IMG/VR virus record: IMGVR_UViG_3300047166_000016
Span: 3,661 to 67,660 of that record
Direction: 5' to 3' (one strand)
From: a virus
DNA length: 64,000 bases
The translations under genes were made by a program, and so were the position numbers. The notes below the pieces were generated by a model. It saw only the letters and a list, made by a program, of their open reading frames with translations. It searched no databases and was not told the DNA's origin. Positions 46,746 to 57,557 of this stretch are shown piece by piece. Each line of letters starts with the position of its first letter. The first letter of the stretch is position 1.

Positions 46746-49356
46746 CGTCCAACGCCGCCAGATATCCGAACAACGTCGGCAGCGATGCTTCCGCTTCCAA
46801 TGCTCGGCAATACCTCACCCCGTCGCGCCAATACGTCGCACTCAGTTCCACGCCCTTGCCGATCCGACCGAGTTTCAGTGCGCGCAACGGCACGGTTCCA
46901 ATTCCCGCGAACGGATCGAACACGACTTCGCCTGGCATGGAAAATTGGGTGATAAGTCGATCCGCGATATCGAATTGCATCGGACATAAATGCGTTTCCC
47001 GACCTGCCGCCGATTGCTGGCTGTTGAGGCTCAGCATCCGTGTGATATCGGTCCAGACATCGCCATGCACAGAATGCGGCGGCCACAGCATGAACGTTGC
47101 CGGAAGGCGCCGTAACTGGTCCATCGTCTCGCATAGCTGCTTATGCTCGGCATAATCGTAGACGCCTTCGAGAGATAATTTCTCCCACCATTTGTAAAGA
47201 TCGGCATGGTCCGTGAACGCCAGTTCTTCGGCGGACAACAGCCTATCGCCGGACGAACGCGCGTAACCGTGGGCATCGAGCTGCCACGCGGAACGCGAGT
47301 AGCCGGTTCCCGGCACGGGTGTTTTCCAGTTGTTTTTCTTATCCCATGGCGAGGCGTTACCATCGTTATCGATGGCGAGCGGTTTGCTTTTCACGACCGG
47401 CTTGTCCGCATAGCCGCTCGATAGATCGCTCGGCGGCTTGCGGAAGATGAGCACGTATTCCGGCACGCCGCACCCCATGCGCGACCCGTCCTTGCATTGC
47501 TCGGTCCACCCCAGGCGATAAGTTTGGTTGTTCTCCCGCACAACGTCCGTGGTGACAGTTTTCATACCGAGAAACGCGAAGCCGTGCTTTTGGTAGTGGT
47601 AGATTGCTTCGGCATGGAATGGGTGCAGCGTTTGAAACCCGAGGCCGTTGATACCACCCGGCACGATCCGATCCTTGACGTGGATGCAGGCATTGCGCCC
47701 CGGAGATAGCATTCGGAACAGCGATGGCGTCAGAAAATCCATTTGCGCCCAAAAATGGTCGTTATCGTCGGTATGCCCGAAATCGTTAAAGGTTGGCGTA
47801 TACTCGTATTGCGTGGCGAACGGGATCGAAGTTACGATCAGATCGACGCTATTTTCTTCCGCCGCAGCGCATTCCGGCACGGTATCGTTGTTGACGATGG
47901 ACCATCCCTGACCCGAAGCCTCGCGCCGCTCCGTTCCCATGGACCGGCTCAGAACGCTGGCGAACGCGATTTCCGACAGCCCGAACTCTTTGACGATCTG
48001 ACGCATCCGCTCGACCATTTCGTTGTGACGCTTCCACTTCTGTTCGAGGTTGCGCCGCACGTTTTGTTCCGCGTCGGTGTATATGATATCGATCCGCACC
48101 TTGCGCGTCTGGCCGAACCGCTGGATACGGTGAACCGCCTGGATGAACTGGAAAAACTTGAACCCAATGCCGAGGAACACGGCGCGGGCACAATGCCTTT
48201 GAAGATTGGTGCCGGCGCCGAGCATCTGAGGCTTGGCCGCGACTTCCTTGATCTCGCCATCCGAAAACGCGACGATTGCCGCTTCCCGATCCGGGATCGT
48301 CTGGCTTCCGTAGATCGCGACCGCGTCAGGAATGGCGCCGCAAATGGCGTGACGTTCCGCTTCCAGGTCGTGCCAGATAATGCGATGCTCGTCCGGTTCC
48401 TCCGCGCGGATTTCCTTTAGTTTCGCTATGCGTGTATCGAGGCTATCGCGCTTTTCGCGGGCGCTTTCCGACACGCCGATAGACGGGTTCGGCAGCAGCA
48501 TACCCTGGCCGTCGCGTTCCTGACCGGCCTTGGAGTAATCGCTCGGCACGCTATGCCAGCGGACTTCCAGTTCCGGCATGACATACCCGGTATCGTCGAA
48601 ACCGAGATCGCTCGGTAGCAACATGAAAATTGCCCATGACGATACCCATAACCAAAACTCTTTTTCCTTATGAGCGTGCAGCGTCAGCTTGTCCGCATTG
48701 GAACTGTCTCGCTTGAAGAAGCGGGTTTTCCCGGCCCCGACATCCATAACTCCAAGGAATGCGGCGTATGACAGGATCTCGATGTATTCGTTCGGGCTTG
48801 GCGTTGCCGTCGCGACAAAGCGGTATTTCGTGCCCTCGAACTGGTTCATCAGCGCCCGGAACGTCGCGGTGCCGCCGAAGCCGCGCAACACCGCCGCCTC
48901 GTCCAGCCACACGGTATCGAACAACCCCATGTCGATCTTTTCGCCGCGCACGCTCTCGTAATTCGTCACATAGACGCCCGGACCATCGACCTCGGATGCG
49001 GACCTGATGAATTCGAGCGGGATGGCGAGGCTCCCGGCATCGCGCCGAAACTCTTGTCGCACACCGAGCGGGGCCACGATCAGTGCGCGCGATGTCGCGG
49101 TTCCGCGCACGGCGATATCCGGGTTCCACGCCATACCGGTCAACACAGCGCACGTTTCCAGGCCGACGCTCGTCTTGTGCAGACCGAAACTCGCGAACGT
49201 CGCGGCGCGTCCTTTTTTCAGGTTCCATTGCACAAGCGCGGCGGCATGCGGCCGAAGCCACGGGTGCAAGTCCGGGACAGCTTCTGTTATGCCGAGGTTC
49301 TTGGAAAACTGGACTTTGGCCGCGAGAAACTTGTTGTAGGCGTCAAGATCGATCAT
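46732..49356 (-). CDS. SNF2-like helicase fused to N4/N6 DNA methyltransferase
   Basis: FGLHKT, LDEA, TATPSPN and QAVHRIQRFGQ; then IVTSIPF, HLCPMQ and DPFAGIGT. Confidence 0.9.
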   Translation of the reverse strand: MIDLDAYNKFLAAKVQFSKNLGITEAVPDLHPWLRPHAAALVQWNLKKGRAATFASFGLHKTSVGLETCAVLTGMAWNPDIAVRGTATSRALIVAPLGVRQEFRRDAGSLAIPLEFIRSASEVDGPGVYVTNYESVRGEKIDMGLFDTVWLDEAAVLRGFGGTATFRALMNQFEGTKYRFVATATPSPNEYIEILSYAAFLGVMDVGAGKTRFFKRDSSNADKLTLHAHKEKEFWLWVSSWAIFMLLPSDLGFDDTGYVMPELEVRWHSVPSDYSKAGQERDGQGMLLPNPSIGVSESAREKRDSLDTRIAKLKEIRAEEPDEHRIIWHDLEAERHAICGAIPDAVAIYGSQTIPDREAAIVAFSDGEIKEVAAKPQMLGAGTNLQRHCARAVFLGIGFKFFQFIQAVHRIQRFGQTRKVRIDIIYTDAEQNVRRNLEQKWKRHNEMVERMRQIVKEFGLSEIAFASVLSRSMGTERREASGQGWSIVNNDTVPECAAAEENSVDLIVTSIPFATQYEYTPTFNDFGHTDDNDHFWAQMDFLTPSLFRMLSPGRNACIHVKDRIVPGGINGLGFQTLHPFHAEAIYHYQKHGFAFLGMKTVTTDVVRENNQTYRLGWTEQCKDGSRMGCGVPEYVLIFRKPPSDLSSGYADKPVVKSKPLAIDNDGNASPWDKKNNWKTPVPGTGYSRSAWQLDAHGYARSSGDRLLSAEELAFTDHADLYKWWEKLSLEGVYDYAEHKQLCETMDQLRRLPATFMLWPPHSVHGDVWTDITRMLSLNSQQSAAGRETHLCPMQFDIADRLITQFSMPGEVVFDPFAGIGTVPLRALKLGRIGKGVELSATYWRDGVRYCRALEAEASLPTLFGYLAALDDAAD

Positions 49357-49372
49357 TTGGATTTCCCCTCAT

Positions 49373-49648
49373 TCAGTCTCGTAAGTTCGGCCATTCCCAC
49401 CCCCTCGCTATCACGCCCCACGACACCGGATGCCCGGCCGGCAGCGGCGCGCGCCACGGGTCTGGCGCTGCTTCGACCGGCTCCGGCACCGCGACGATCC
49501 GCCGTGCGCTTATGTGGCGCGCCCGCTCCACGGCGGTCCATCGCGCCACGCCGATAATCTCCGCTACGTCGTCGAAACTACGACCCGCCGCGAGCATGTC
49601 GCGGATCGTGGCGTCCTCGGCTTCGGTCCATATGCGGGCGATTGGCAT
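49373..49648 (-). CDS. Small GcrA-N/AsnC-like HTH protein
   Basis: WTEAEDATIRDMLAAGRSFDDVAEIIGV; PLPAGHPVSW tail. Confidence 0.7.
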   Translation of the reverse strand: MPIARIWTEAEDATIRDMLAAGRSFDDVAEIIGVARWTAVERARHISARRIVAVPEPVEAAPDPWRAPLPAGHPVSWGVIARGWEWPNLRD

Positions 49649-49651
49649 GGT

Positions 49652-49927
49652 TCACCACTCCACTACGTCTTGTTCCGCTTCGACGCTCGCACGCGGCATA
49701 TCTGCCACCGCCCCGCCCGCCGCGACCCCGACGACATGACCCCACATGCGCTGGTTTTCCCTCACGATCTGCTCGTATTCCGTCAGATACAGGTTTCCGT
49801 GGTACGCGATGTTGGGCTTGCCGATGTCGGCAAATTCCACGGTCGAAATATCGACATATCGCTTGCCGCACGACCGGCACGCGCGCCCATGGATCGTCTC
49901 GATAAAGTCGTGGCCCGCGATTATCAT
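49652..49927 (-). CDS. Hypothetical protein
   Basis: H...CRSC motif; RBS present. Confidence 0.55.
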   Translation of the reverse strand: MIIAGHDFIETIHGRACRSCGKRYVDISTVEFADIGKPNIAYHGNLYLTEYEQIVRENQRMWGHVVGVAAGGAVADMPRASVEAEQDVVEW

Positions 49928-49945
49928 CCCCCTGCTCCCCCTCGA

Positions 49946-50281
49946 TTAACGCCCCATCCGAAACCCGCCCACCGGCACCGGAAACGTCCTCGTCTCAGCG
50001 GCGCGCGGATTGTCGTCGCCGTTGATGCGCCTGTCGCGCGCCAGCGAAGCGGTCAGTAGCCGATCCTCCGCGACAGTCGGCGGCACGAATTTAACAACGG
50101 TCTTGCGCGTCCAGCATCGCCGCCGCGCCAGCCATCGGACGTAATCGGCCGTCATGTCGTAACGCGCGCCGATCTCGACTGTTGACAGCGATGTTTCGCG
50201 ATAGAGCCGCTCGACCTCGGCTTCGTCGGCGGCGGATAGTTTGCGATGGCCGGGTTCGATGCGGTGGCCTGTCATATCCAC
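49946..50281 (-). CDS. Small HTH protein
   Basis: LYRETSLSTVEIGARYDMTADYV. Confidence 0.55.
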   Translation of the reverse strand: MDMTGHRIEPGHRKLSAADEAEVERLYRETSLSTVEIGARYDMTADYVRWLARRRCWTRKTVVKFVPPTVAEDRLLTASLARDRRINGDDNPRAAETRTFPVPVGGFRMGR

Positions 50282-50550
50282 GTCTCCACGATCACCGGAT
50301 CGTCATCATCGTTTCGCGGCATACGATCGACACCGTGCGGCAACTGGCCCCGGAGTTCCTGCAGATCGTCAGCGGCGAGATGCACGTTCATCGGCCCCGC
50401 GCCGCTCCCCCACGGCCTCCACGGACGGCAGATGAACTTGCCTGGGTAATCCCATGGCGATTTGTAAACCACCCAGATCAACATTCCGCCTTCGTTGGCG
50501 ATCTCGACGTGCAGTTTGTTGGCGGCGGCGCGGTCTATTTGGTATCTCAT
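50272..50550 (-). CDS. Conserved hypothetical protein
   Basis: WVVY..P.DYP...DDPVIVETW motif. Confidence 0.6.
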   Translation of the reverse strand: MRYQIDRAAANKLHVEIANEGGMLIWVVYKSPWDYPGKFICRPWRPWGSGAGPMNVHLAADDLQELRGQLPHGVDRMPRNDDDDPVIVETWI

Positions 50551-50611
50551 CTTGGCGTCCACGCGCCCATACGGTGCGCCCGCGCCACCGCGCCCTTCGC
50601 GGCACGGACGC

Positions 50612-51223
50612 TCACAACGGTATCCCCCGTTTCGTTGTCCGCTCAAGCGCCCGCTTACCCACGGTGAAACGCGGCGGCGCTTTCTTTGGCGCGGCCTTCT
50701 TTTTCTTCGAGACTGGCGCGGAACCGGCTTGCTTTAGTTCTTCTTTGGCGATCCGGCTGTCCACCATCCCGTCGTAGTGCAACGCCTGGTAATGTGCATT
50801 GTTCGCGAGTCGCACACCGGACTTCGCATAAAAGCGATACAAGTCCTCGATGGTAACGCCCCATCCGGCGAACACGTTCAGCGAGCGGAGTTTTTCGATC
50901 ATTTGATGTTGGCCGTCACCGTCTTTGACTTTGGTTCCGTGGGTTTTGAACTCAAACCGTAGGCTGGCGAACGATGTAAGAAGCTCCGTATCGAGCGTAT
51001 CGGCCCGCACGCCTCTGCGCCATTGGAACAGGTGCGACTTGTCGCCACGAGGTTGTGCGCGATCGTAGGCAAAGAAAATATGCGGCTCCATCACGGCGTT
51101 GCGAACCCAAACGACCGCCTTTTCCTGCCGCCACGTCTCGCGCGGTATCCATTTGCGCGGCTTCTTTTCCTCCGGCTCGTCCAGCCAAACGGCGGGGATA
51201 TTGATTTCGTCGGTGTCGCTCAA
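50612..51223 (-). CDS. VRR-NUC-like nuclease
   Basis: GVRADTLD...FEFKT...Q, a PD-(D/E)xK-type pattern. Confidence 0.6.
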   Translation of the reverse strand: MSDTDEINIPAVWLDEPEEKKPRKWIPRETWRQEKAVVWVRNAVMEPHIFFAYDRAQPRGDKSHLFQWRRGVRADTLDTELLTSFASLRFEFKTHGTKVKDGDGQHQMIEKLRSLNVFAGWGVTIEDLYRFYAKSGVRLANNAHYQALHYDGMVDSRIAKEELKQAGSAPVSKKKKAAPKKAPPRFTVGKRALERTTKRGIPL

Positions 51224-51393
51224 CGCACGACCTCGAACCGCACATGGCGCACCGCCGCCGCATCGATCCGCATCTGCGCGTCGATCCCCTCCGCGAGCGA
51301 CCAAGCCAGGAACAGCAGCGAGGCGGTAAGCGCGGCGACGGCGATGAGGGGATGGTTCATAACGATAAGTCTCCGTGGCGCGGTCGTTTGTAT

Positions 51394-52609
51394 CTAAACG
51401 CCCACCACTGTTTGCGGACCCAATACGGTTTCAACCCCAGCCTCACCGGATGCCGTTTCGGGTGCGGTTTCCACCGGAACTCGCGCTGGCGCAGTGTCAA
51501 TCGCATGTTGCTCCTCCTGTTCCATGTGGCTTTCCAGCCAATGAATAATCTCCGCTTCCAGGTCGAGCACGTCGCTATACTGGAACAGCGTGCGTTCTTT
51601 CTTAATCGCCAGACCGCTTCGGTTCGCGAGCCTTATCGTGTGTTGTGCGGCATCGCGCGCGATGTTCTCGATGGATCGCGGCGGGAACGGCCTGCCGAGT
51701 GCGTCCTGCGATGCCATCACACTCCTCCACCAGCCAACGCCTCGACATAATCCCGCATCCAGGCGCTGCTCGCGTAGCACCATGCCGCCGGTATCCGGTC
51801 GAATGGCACGTTGTTGAACGCCGCGATCCACCGCGCCCCTGCTTCCGAGTGCGGAAACGCCCGAGCGGCGGCGGTAAACCCCGCGGCGCGGAATTGTGCG
51901 TCGGTCGCGGGCGGAGCGGTCCACATCACGCGGTGTCCTTCGCGAAACATTTCGCGCACTCGAAAGCCGATTCCTCAATGGATCGCCCGCGCCGATCTTT
52001 TACGGTCCACCGTTTCTCGCGCGTAGATAGTTCCTGCGGTGTTTTCCAAAGCCCGCAAACTGGACACTGCACTGGCTTGATCCCCGCCTTGCGCTGGACT
52101 TCGGCCCACTCGTGCCATTGCAAATAGCCCTTCGGCGGCAGATCGCCCGGCTTATAGGTTGGCATAACCAAACGCCGCGCCATCACCCGAACGCCTGCAA
52201 TGCGGCAACTACGACTTCAACACGATGATCTCGGATCGTGACATATTCGCCAGCGCGCCACTCATTAAGTTCGATTTCCTGATAAGCGACCTCCCGCGCC
52301 AGGTCGCGCGCCTCCGTGGCGCTGAAATCGGCGCGGTGGCAGGATGTTAGGTGGAGCGTCATGCTGCTATCCCGCGACCTTGGTAAGCCTTCCACGCGCC
52401 ACCACGACCGGTGCCGTATCGGCCTTCGCCTTCCTGCCGCGCCGCTCCTGGACGCCTTCCTCGGCCCGATACTCGACCTTATGACCTTTCGTATCCATTG
52501 CCATCTGAAACGCCTCGGCGGCGTCCAGAGCGGCACTCAACAGAGGCCCGCGTTCCAATACGCCGTCGGGCAACTCAACTGTAAACGTGATTTTCAGCGG
52601 CGTCGGCAT
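51394..52609 (-). CDS. Cluster of five small hypothetical genes (51394-51720, 51717-51929, 51926-52186, 52183-52362, 52367-52609)
   Basis: Chain of overlapping stop and start codons; no recognisable domains. Confidence 0.5.
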
Positions 52610-52630
52610 GGTTTGTCCCCTTTGTTTGTT

Positions 52631-52795
52631 GGCCGTCTCTCCGGCCTGTCGCGTCCATTATCTCAGACGTTGCAGCCCGTATGCGCCTCGGGCGAGCCTA
52701 CTGAGAGGGTGGCGTTAGCGCACGCCGCATCGGAAACAACCTTTCGGTCTCCGTGTTTCCGGCGATGTCCACGTCTGGACCCCTCTGTTCGCGTG
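52631..52795 (-). ncRNA. Candidate structured RNA (multi-way junction plus pseudoknot)
   Basis: Several nested stems, a GAAA tetraloop, and loop AGACGT complementary to downstream ACGTCT, in a non-coding gap of about 290 nt. Confidence 0.5.
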
Positions 52796-52904
52796 GCATC
52801 CAATCCCCCCCCGCCGCGCCCGCACCCCGAGGGCAACCTGACGCGGCGGTGGGGTAGCGCGACCGGTGCCGAGGCGCGCGACCGCCCGGTTCCGGCCGCG
52901 TTTG

Positions 52905-53399
52905 TCATTCGGCCAACACCGCATCCTCGAAACGCACGATCAGCCAACTCTTGGGCGATTGCTGCACGCAATAGGAATGCGGCGCGTAATCCGAAACCGA
53001 CGTAATCGGCAACGTGCCCTTCGGGGTTTTCACCAAAGCACCGATTGGCAACGGCGGCTCCATCGGATTTTCCGCCGCCCATTGCTTTTCCGCGAACCGT
53101 AATTTCCCATCCACCGCAGCCCAATAATCCGCCAGGATTTCAACCATATCGTCGGCGATCTCCCAATGACACGACCGTTTCAATTCGTATGCCAGTGAGA
53201 AGCCGTCCCCTTTTCCGTAGGACCGAGATGCGGCTTTCAAAATATCGTCGGCAATATCGCCTATATCCTTCGAATCGAAACCGCCGTTTTCGATCAATTC
53301 TTCGGCGGTCTCCAATGCCGCTTCCATCCGCATTGCATTGGTCGCCTCGATCGGGCGTTTGTTCGGCGTCGGACACGTCAGCGGGAGTTGGTCGCTCAT
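52905..53399 (-). CDS. Hypothetical protein
   Basis: AAGGA RBS; DGFSLAYEL motif. Confidence 0.65.
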   Translation of the reverse strand: MSDQLPLTCPTPNKRPIEATNAMRMEAALETAEELIENGGFDSKDIGDIADDILKAASRSYGKGDGFSLAYELKRSCHWEIADDMVEILADYWAAVDGKLRFAEKQWAAENPMEPPLPIGALVKTPKGTLPITSVSDYAPHSYCVQQSPKSWLIVRFEDAVLAE

Positions 53400-53523
53400 C
53401 TACTGTCCTTTCGGTTACGCAATTCCGGACCGGCGGCTTGGCGTCCGCCGGTCTGCCGCGCGGAGGATCGCGGGCACTTTCGCTGGCCGGGGGCAAGCCG
53501 CGCCGGTTCGCGAGTTACGGGGT

Positions 53524-53895
53524 TCATCCCATATCCCCAGGATACGACGGGATCGGCAGCAATTTTGCGGTGTCGGCGAATGAGGCCCATTTGCGCCGCG
53601 CGCCGACCACGATCCGAAGCATGGGCTGGCACGCTTCGGCATGTTCCGCGAAATCCTCCATTTGGTCGCCGTAGATATACCCATTGCAATTTGCAGACAG
53701 CCAATCCGAGACAACGTGGCAATGGTCGCATGTTTTCGCGCTGAAGCCGCGCCGATCCGATACGCCAGACGCATACCAATAGGTCTCTTTAGCCAGAATA
53801 TCGCGACCGCATTCGCCGCAAGTATGCGACTTTCTGGCTGTTCTGTGCCGCTCATGCCACCCGACCGTGCTATCGCAGTCATCTATTCGGCACAT
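53524..53895 (-). CDS. Zn-finger protein
   Basis: ARKSHTCGECGRDI...KTCDHC; GGAGG RBS. Confidence 0.7.
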   Translation of the reverse strand: MCRIDDCDSTVGWHERHRTARKSHTCGECGRDILAKETYWYASGVSDRRGFSAKTCDHCHVVSDWLSANCNGYIYGDQMEDFAEHAEACQPMLRIVVGARRKWASFADTAKLLPIPSYPGDMG

Positions 53896-53989
53896 GACGC
53901 GCCTCCGTTGTGTTCGCCGCCACCCGGCGCATAATGCCGGTTCGGGCACGGCGCGGGCGGCGGCACGGGCGAGGGGATGCGCCCGATGG

Positions 53990-54211
53990 TCATGGCTTAT
54001 GCCTCTCCAATAGTTCGGCCGTCACGTGGCGCGTCTCTGGCTCGATTGTCGCCAGCCGCTCGATCGGAAGCCACCACCTCGCTGGGATGCCATTCGATCG
54101 CCACATATTGACGGCGGACGGTTTGATGCCGAGCGCCGACGCGAGCTGAGTAGGGCCGCCGAACAGGTCGATGATCTGGACAGCGGTAGGTGTTGGCTCA
54201 TGTGCATCCAT
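53990..54211 (-). CDS. Cro/YdaS-like HTH repressor
   Basis: IIDLFGGPTQLASALGIKPSAVNMWRSNGIP. Confidence 0.85.
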   Translation of the reverse strand: MDAHEPTPTAVQIIDLFGGPTQLASALGIKPSAVNMWRSNGIPARWWLPIERLATIEPETRHVTAELLERHKP

Positions 54212-54225
54212 AGCCTCGAACATGC

Positions 54226-54284
54226 CGCAGAAAAATTTCTGGCGCAAGCCTATTCCGCCATTGATCCGCAGAAATTTTTATGCG
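54226..54284. promoter_or_regulatory. Two palindromic operators at the main divergent early promoter
   Basis: CGCAGAAAAATTTCTGGCG (54226) and CGCAGAAATTTTTATGCG (54267). Confidence 0.7.
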
Positions 54285-54331
54285 AACCTTCTCCTGTCGC
54301 CGCAACCCGGCGCCCCGATCAGGAGGCTCGC

Positions 54332-57300
54332 ATGTCCCCGAACCAACTCGCCGCCATCACCGATTACGAAATGCGCCTGCAACGCCCGATGACGCCGGTT
54401 GAGACCGCCGCCATCGCGGAGGAGCGGGCGACAATCGACAAGCGTGCCGCGCGTCACCAGGCGTGGCTGGCGGATCGGGCGCGGCACGCCGCCAACAAAG
54501 CGGCGGAACGGACTCTTATAGAGGCGTTCCGCGCGCTCAGCCCCCGGATGCGGCGCACCTCGTTGCGGTGGGCCAGGGAGTGGGCTGAGTCGGTTAGCGG
54601 ATCGCAAGAGATGTTCGAGTTGGGGCGGGAGTTGCTGGCGCTCGGTCTCCCGATCTGGACGGTGCCGGTCGAATGGCGCGGCACGCTGTTCGCGCAATTT
54701 GCTGTTCTGGCCGCCGCGCCGTGAGCAAGATCGCGGCCACGCAGATGAAGTCGATCCTGACCGATTCGGCCTACATCGCGCATTTGCTCGGCTGTATCCG
54801 CCGCGCGCACGGGCCGATCATGGACCCGTATATCAACGAGGCAATAGACACCAATCGCCGCATGTTCGAGGCGCTGTTGGACGCCTCGCTTGTCGAGGTC
54901 GTCGTCGAAACAAAAAAGGAGAAAGTGCGGTGAACAAACTCAGACCGAACGACGTCAAGACGATCCTCGACCGTCTATCGATCGTAGATCGGATGGCGAT
55001 TTTCGCGACCGAACAGTATCCGGCTCTCAAAGCCACCGCCGATCTGCAAATGGATAATACGGCGCGGATCAGGTCGATCTTGCTCGGTGCCGCGCTGGTC
55101 GAAGTCGAGGTCGAAGCGCCAGCGGAGGCCGCGCCATGAGCGACCCGGACGCGCTGGAACTGCTCGCTAACAACCTGTTCCTCACCCCCGCCGAGGCCGC
55201 CCTCGTGCGACGCGGTGCGGCGGCGCTGCGGGCGGCGGAAGCCCGGCTGGACGAACTCGTGGGGGATGCCTGGGAGCGCGCCCTGGCGGCTATTGGAGCG
55301 CCGAATGTGATAGATTTGCGGGAGTTCTGGCGATGAGTGGCGCCGAACCGCAGATCCAGTCCACGATTGCCCCGCCACATGAGATATACACGACCTGCGC
55401 GGGACAGGGGTGGACCGTAGTGGGTTGGCACCGAACTGGCATTGAAACGCTCTATGAGGTTTGCCCCGAGTGCGAAAACGAACGAGGCAGACAATATCCG
55501 GGATCGTTGCCATGACCGCCGCCGAGACCGACCTCCCCGAACCGCAGACCATCGCCGACGTGAAGGTGGGCGATACGGTAATGGTGTTTGAGTTCGGGCG
55601 ATGGCACCGGACTTACAGCATGGATACGGTCGAGCGGCTGACCGCGACTCAGATTATCTTGCCGGGAGATCGCCATTTTTATCGTGCGGACAAAGGGTGG
55701 CGTCAGAGAGCCGGTTATTGCGTGGGGAAAATGGATTTGCGAATTATCGTCGGTGCCGACGCCATCGAAAGGCGCAGGCAAATCGAAGACGAGAAGGCCA
55801 GAACCCAACACAGCAACGAGTGGTATGCCGACACGGGCCGCTGCGTGTTCGACCGCGATACCGTTTTGAAAGTCCGCGCCGCGTGCGACCGCGCCGAGGC
55901 CGCGCTCCGGCAGTTGGGCGAGTGGAGAGATGAGCCATGAACGATAAGATGTGCATATATTGCAAGAGTTACGGCGACGAAACTCTGCAATGCGGCATAA
56001 CGCTGTGCCGATCGTGCCTGGAACGGTTTAGCGAGCGCGATCCTAAGACGGAACAGCTACCGGCTAAACCGGAAAAGCCGAAGTGACCGCCCTCGATCAA
56101 CGCTGCGGCACCTGCGCGCACTGGCCGGCGACCGATGCACCGGAATACCCCAGGGGGAGCCGATTTTGTCCGCTCAAGCAAGCCGTCCGAACGCAATACC
56201 GTGGCACGATGTGCGACCTGTATGTCGCCGCCCCGGACCCGCGCGACGTGTTGATCGAGCGGTTGGCGGGGGCATTGCGAGCAGTGGACGATGTTTACCC
56301 GTGTTCCGAAGAAGACGACACATCGGCGGAACGTCTGCACAAAGGCTCGATATGGGCCGACGTCGCGATCGCGTTAGCCGCATACGAGACGTGGAAGCGG
56401 GAACCAAAGCCATGAAACTCGCGACATTCGCCGCGCTCGGCCGCCGCGAGATCGGCTTGCTGCCGAAATAACTTAACGCCGTGCCTCCTAAAACAGGAGC
56501 ATCCCATGTCAAATCAAAGGATTAGCCGCGACTTCGCCGACGCGAACACGACCCCCGAGGACCGCGCCAGGGGGAAATTCCTGGCCCGGCCGCTCAAGAT
56601 CGAGCGCAACCGACACTTCGGCGAGCCGATCCCGCTGAGCGATCCGTCGCTGGACGATACGGACCCGGCCAATGCGGACGATTTGCGAACCGCGACTGGC
56701 ATCTTCAACGGCATAATCTGGACCGTGGCGATAATCGGCGGCGGCATCGGATTGTGGTGGCTGGCCGCGCATATGTCGTTGGTGCTGGCGTGGGTTGAGC
56801 GATGAAAACCGTCACACTCGCGATGGAATGGCGCGAAGATGAAGATGGCTACATGAAGTTGTTTATTGGGGAATTAGATGCTGGGTGGATTTCCGTCAGT
56901 CACATGAGATCGCCCGATGGAAAAATAGCGCGCGTTATCGCTGATTTCACCGACGATTTCGATGGAGAGGAACACGAAACCCGCGAAGCCGCGATGGAAG
57001 CCCTCGAAGCGGCGGTGTTGGCGATGGGAGTTAAGGAATGACTCCCCAGGCGAGCATCGATCTGGCTGCTGTTCTCGAACGGTGGCCAGATCTGATGACA
57101 TATAACAAGTCCACTAAACGATATGAACGGAACGGTGATTGAATGCCTGACCGATGGCAGCCGATAGCGACCGCGCCCCGCACCGGAGAACCTATCGACC
57201 TGTGGGTTCCCGGCACGCCGGAGGGCCATCGCCATGCCGACGCCTGGTGGGAGTGCGTTGGCGACGAAGCGGGCTGGTGGTGTCGTCCAGCGGGCCAGCG

Positions 57301-57469
57301 CGAGCCGGTGCGCGTCGATGGCGCGACGCACTGGACGCGGGTTCCGCCGCCGAGGGTGGAAGACAAACCTTGGAGCGTCCCCGAAGTCCGCATGGCATGT
57401 CTTATCAGCTTTATTGGCGGCGTATGGGTGTGTTTGTGGGTATGTTTGATGATCTGGGGGAAGCCATGA
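54332..57469 (+). CDS. Early operon of small hypothetical genes (54332-54724, 54721-54933, 54930-55139, 55136-55336, 55333-55515, 55512-55940, 56083-56415, 56506-56805, 56802-57041, 57143-57469)
   Basis: AGGAGG RBS, then a chain of (A/G)TGA overlaps; the last ORF has WQPIATAP (DUF551-like). Confidence 0.6.
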
Positions 57470-57557
57470 CGTCGGCCGCCACCGCTGAAATGTCCCGCCT
57501 CGCCGCCGCGTTCGACGCCGCCGACCGGGCAAGCGACGTTCGGCTTATGGTCGAGGA

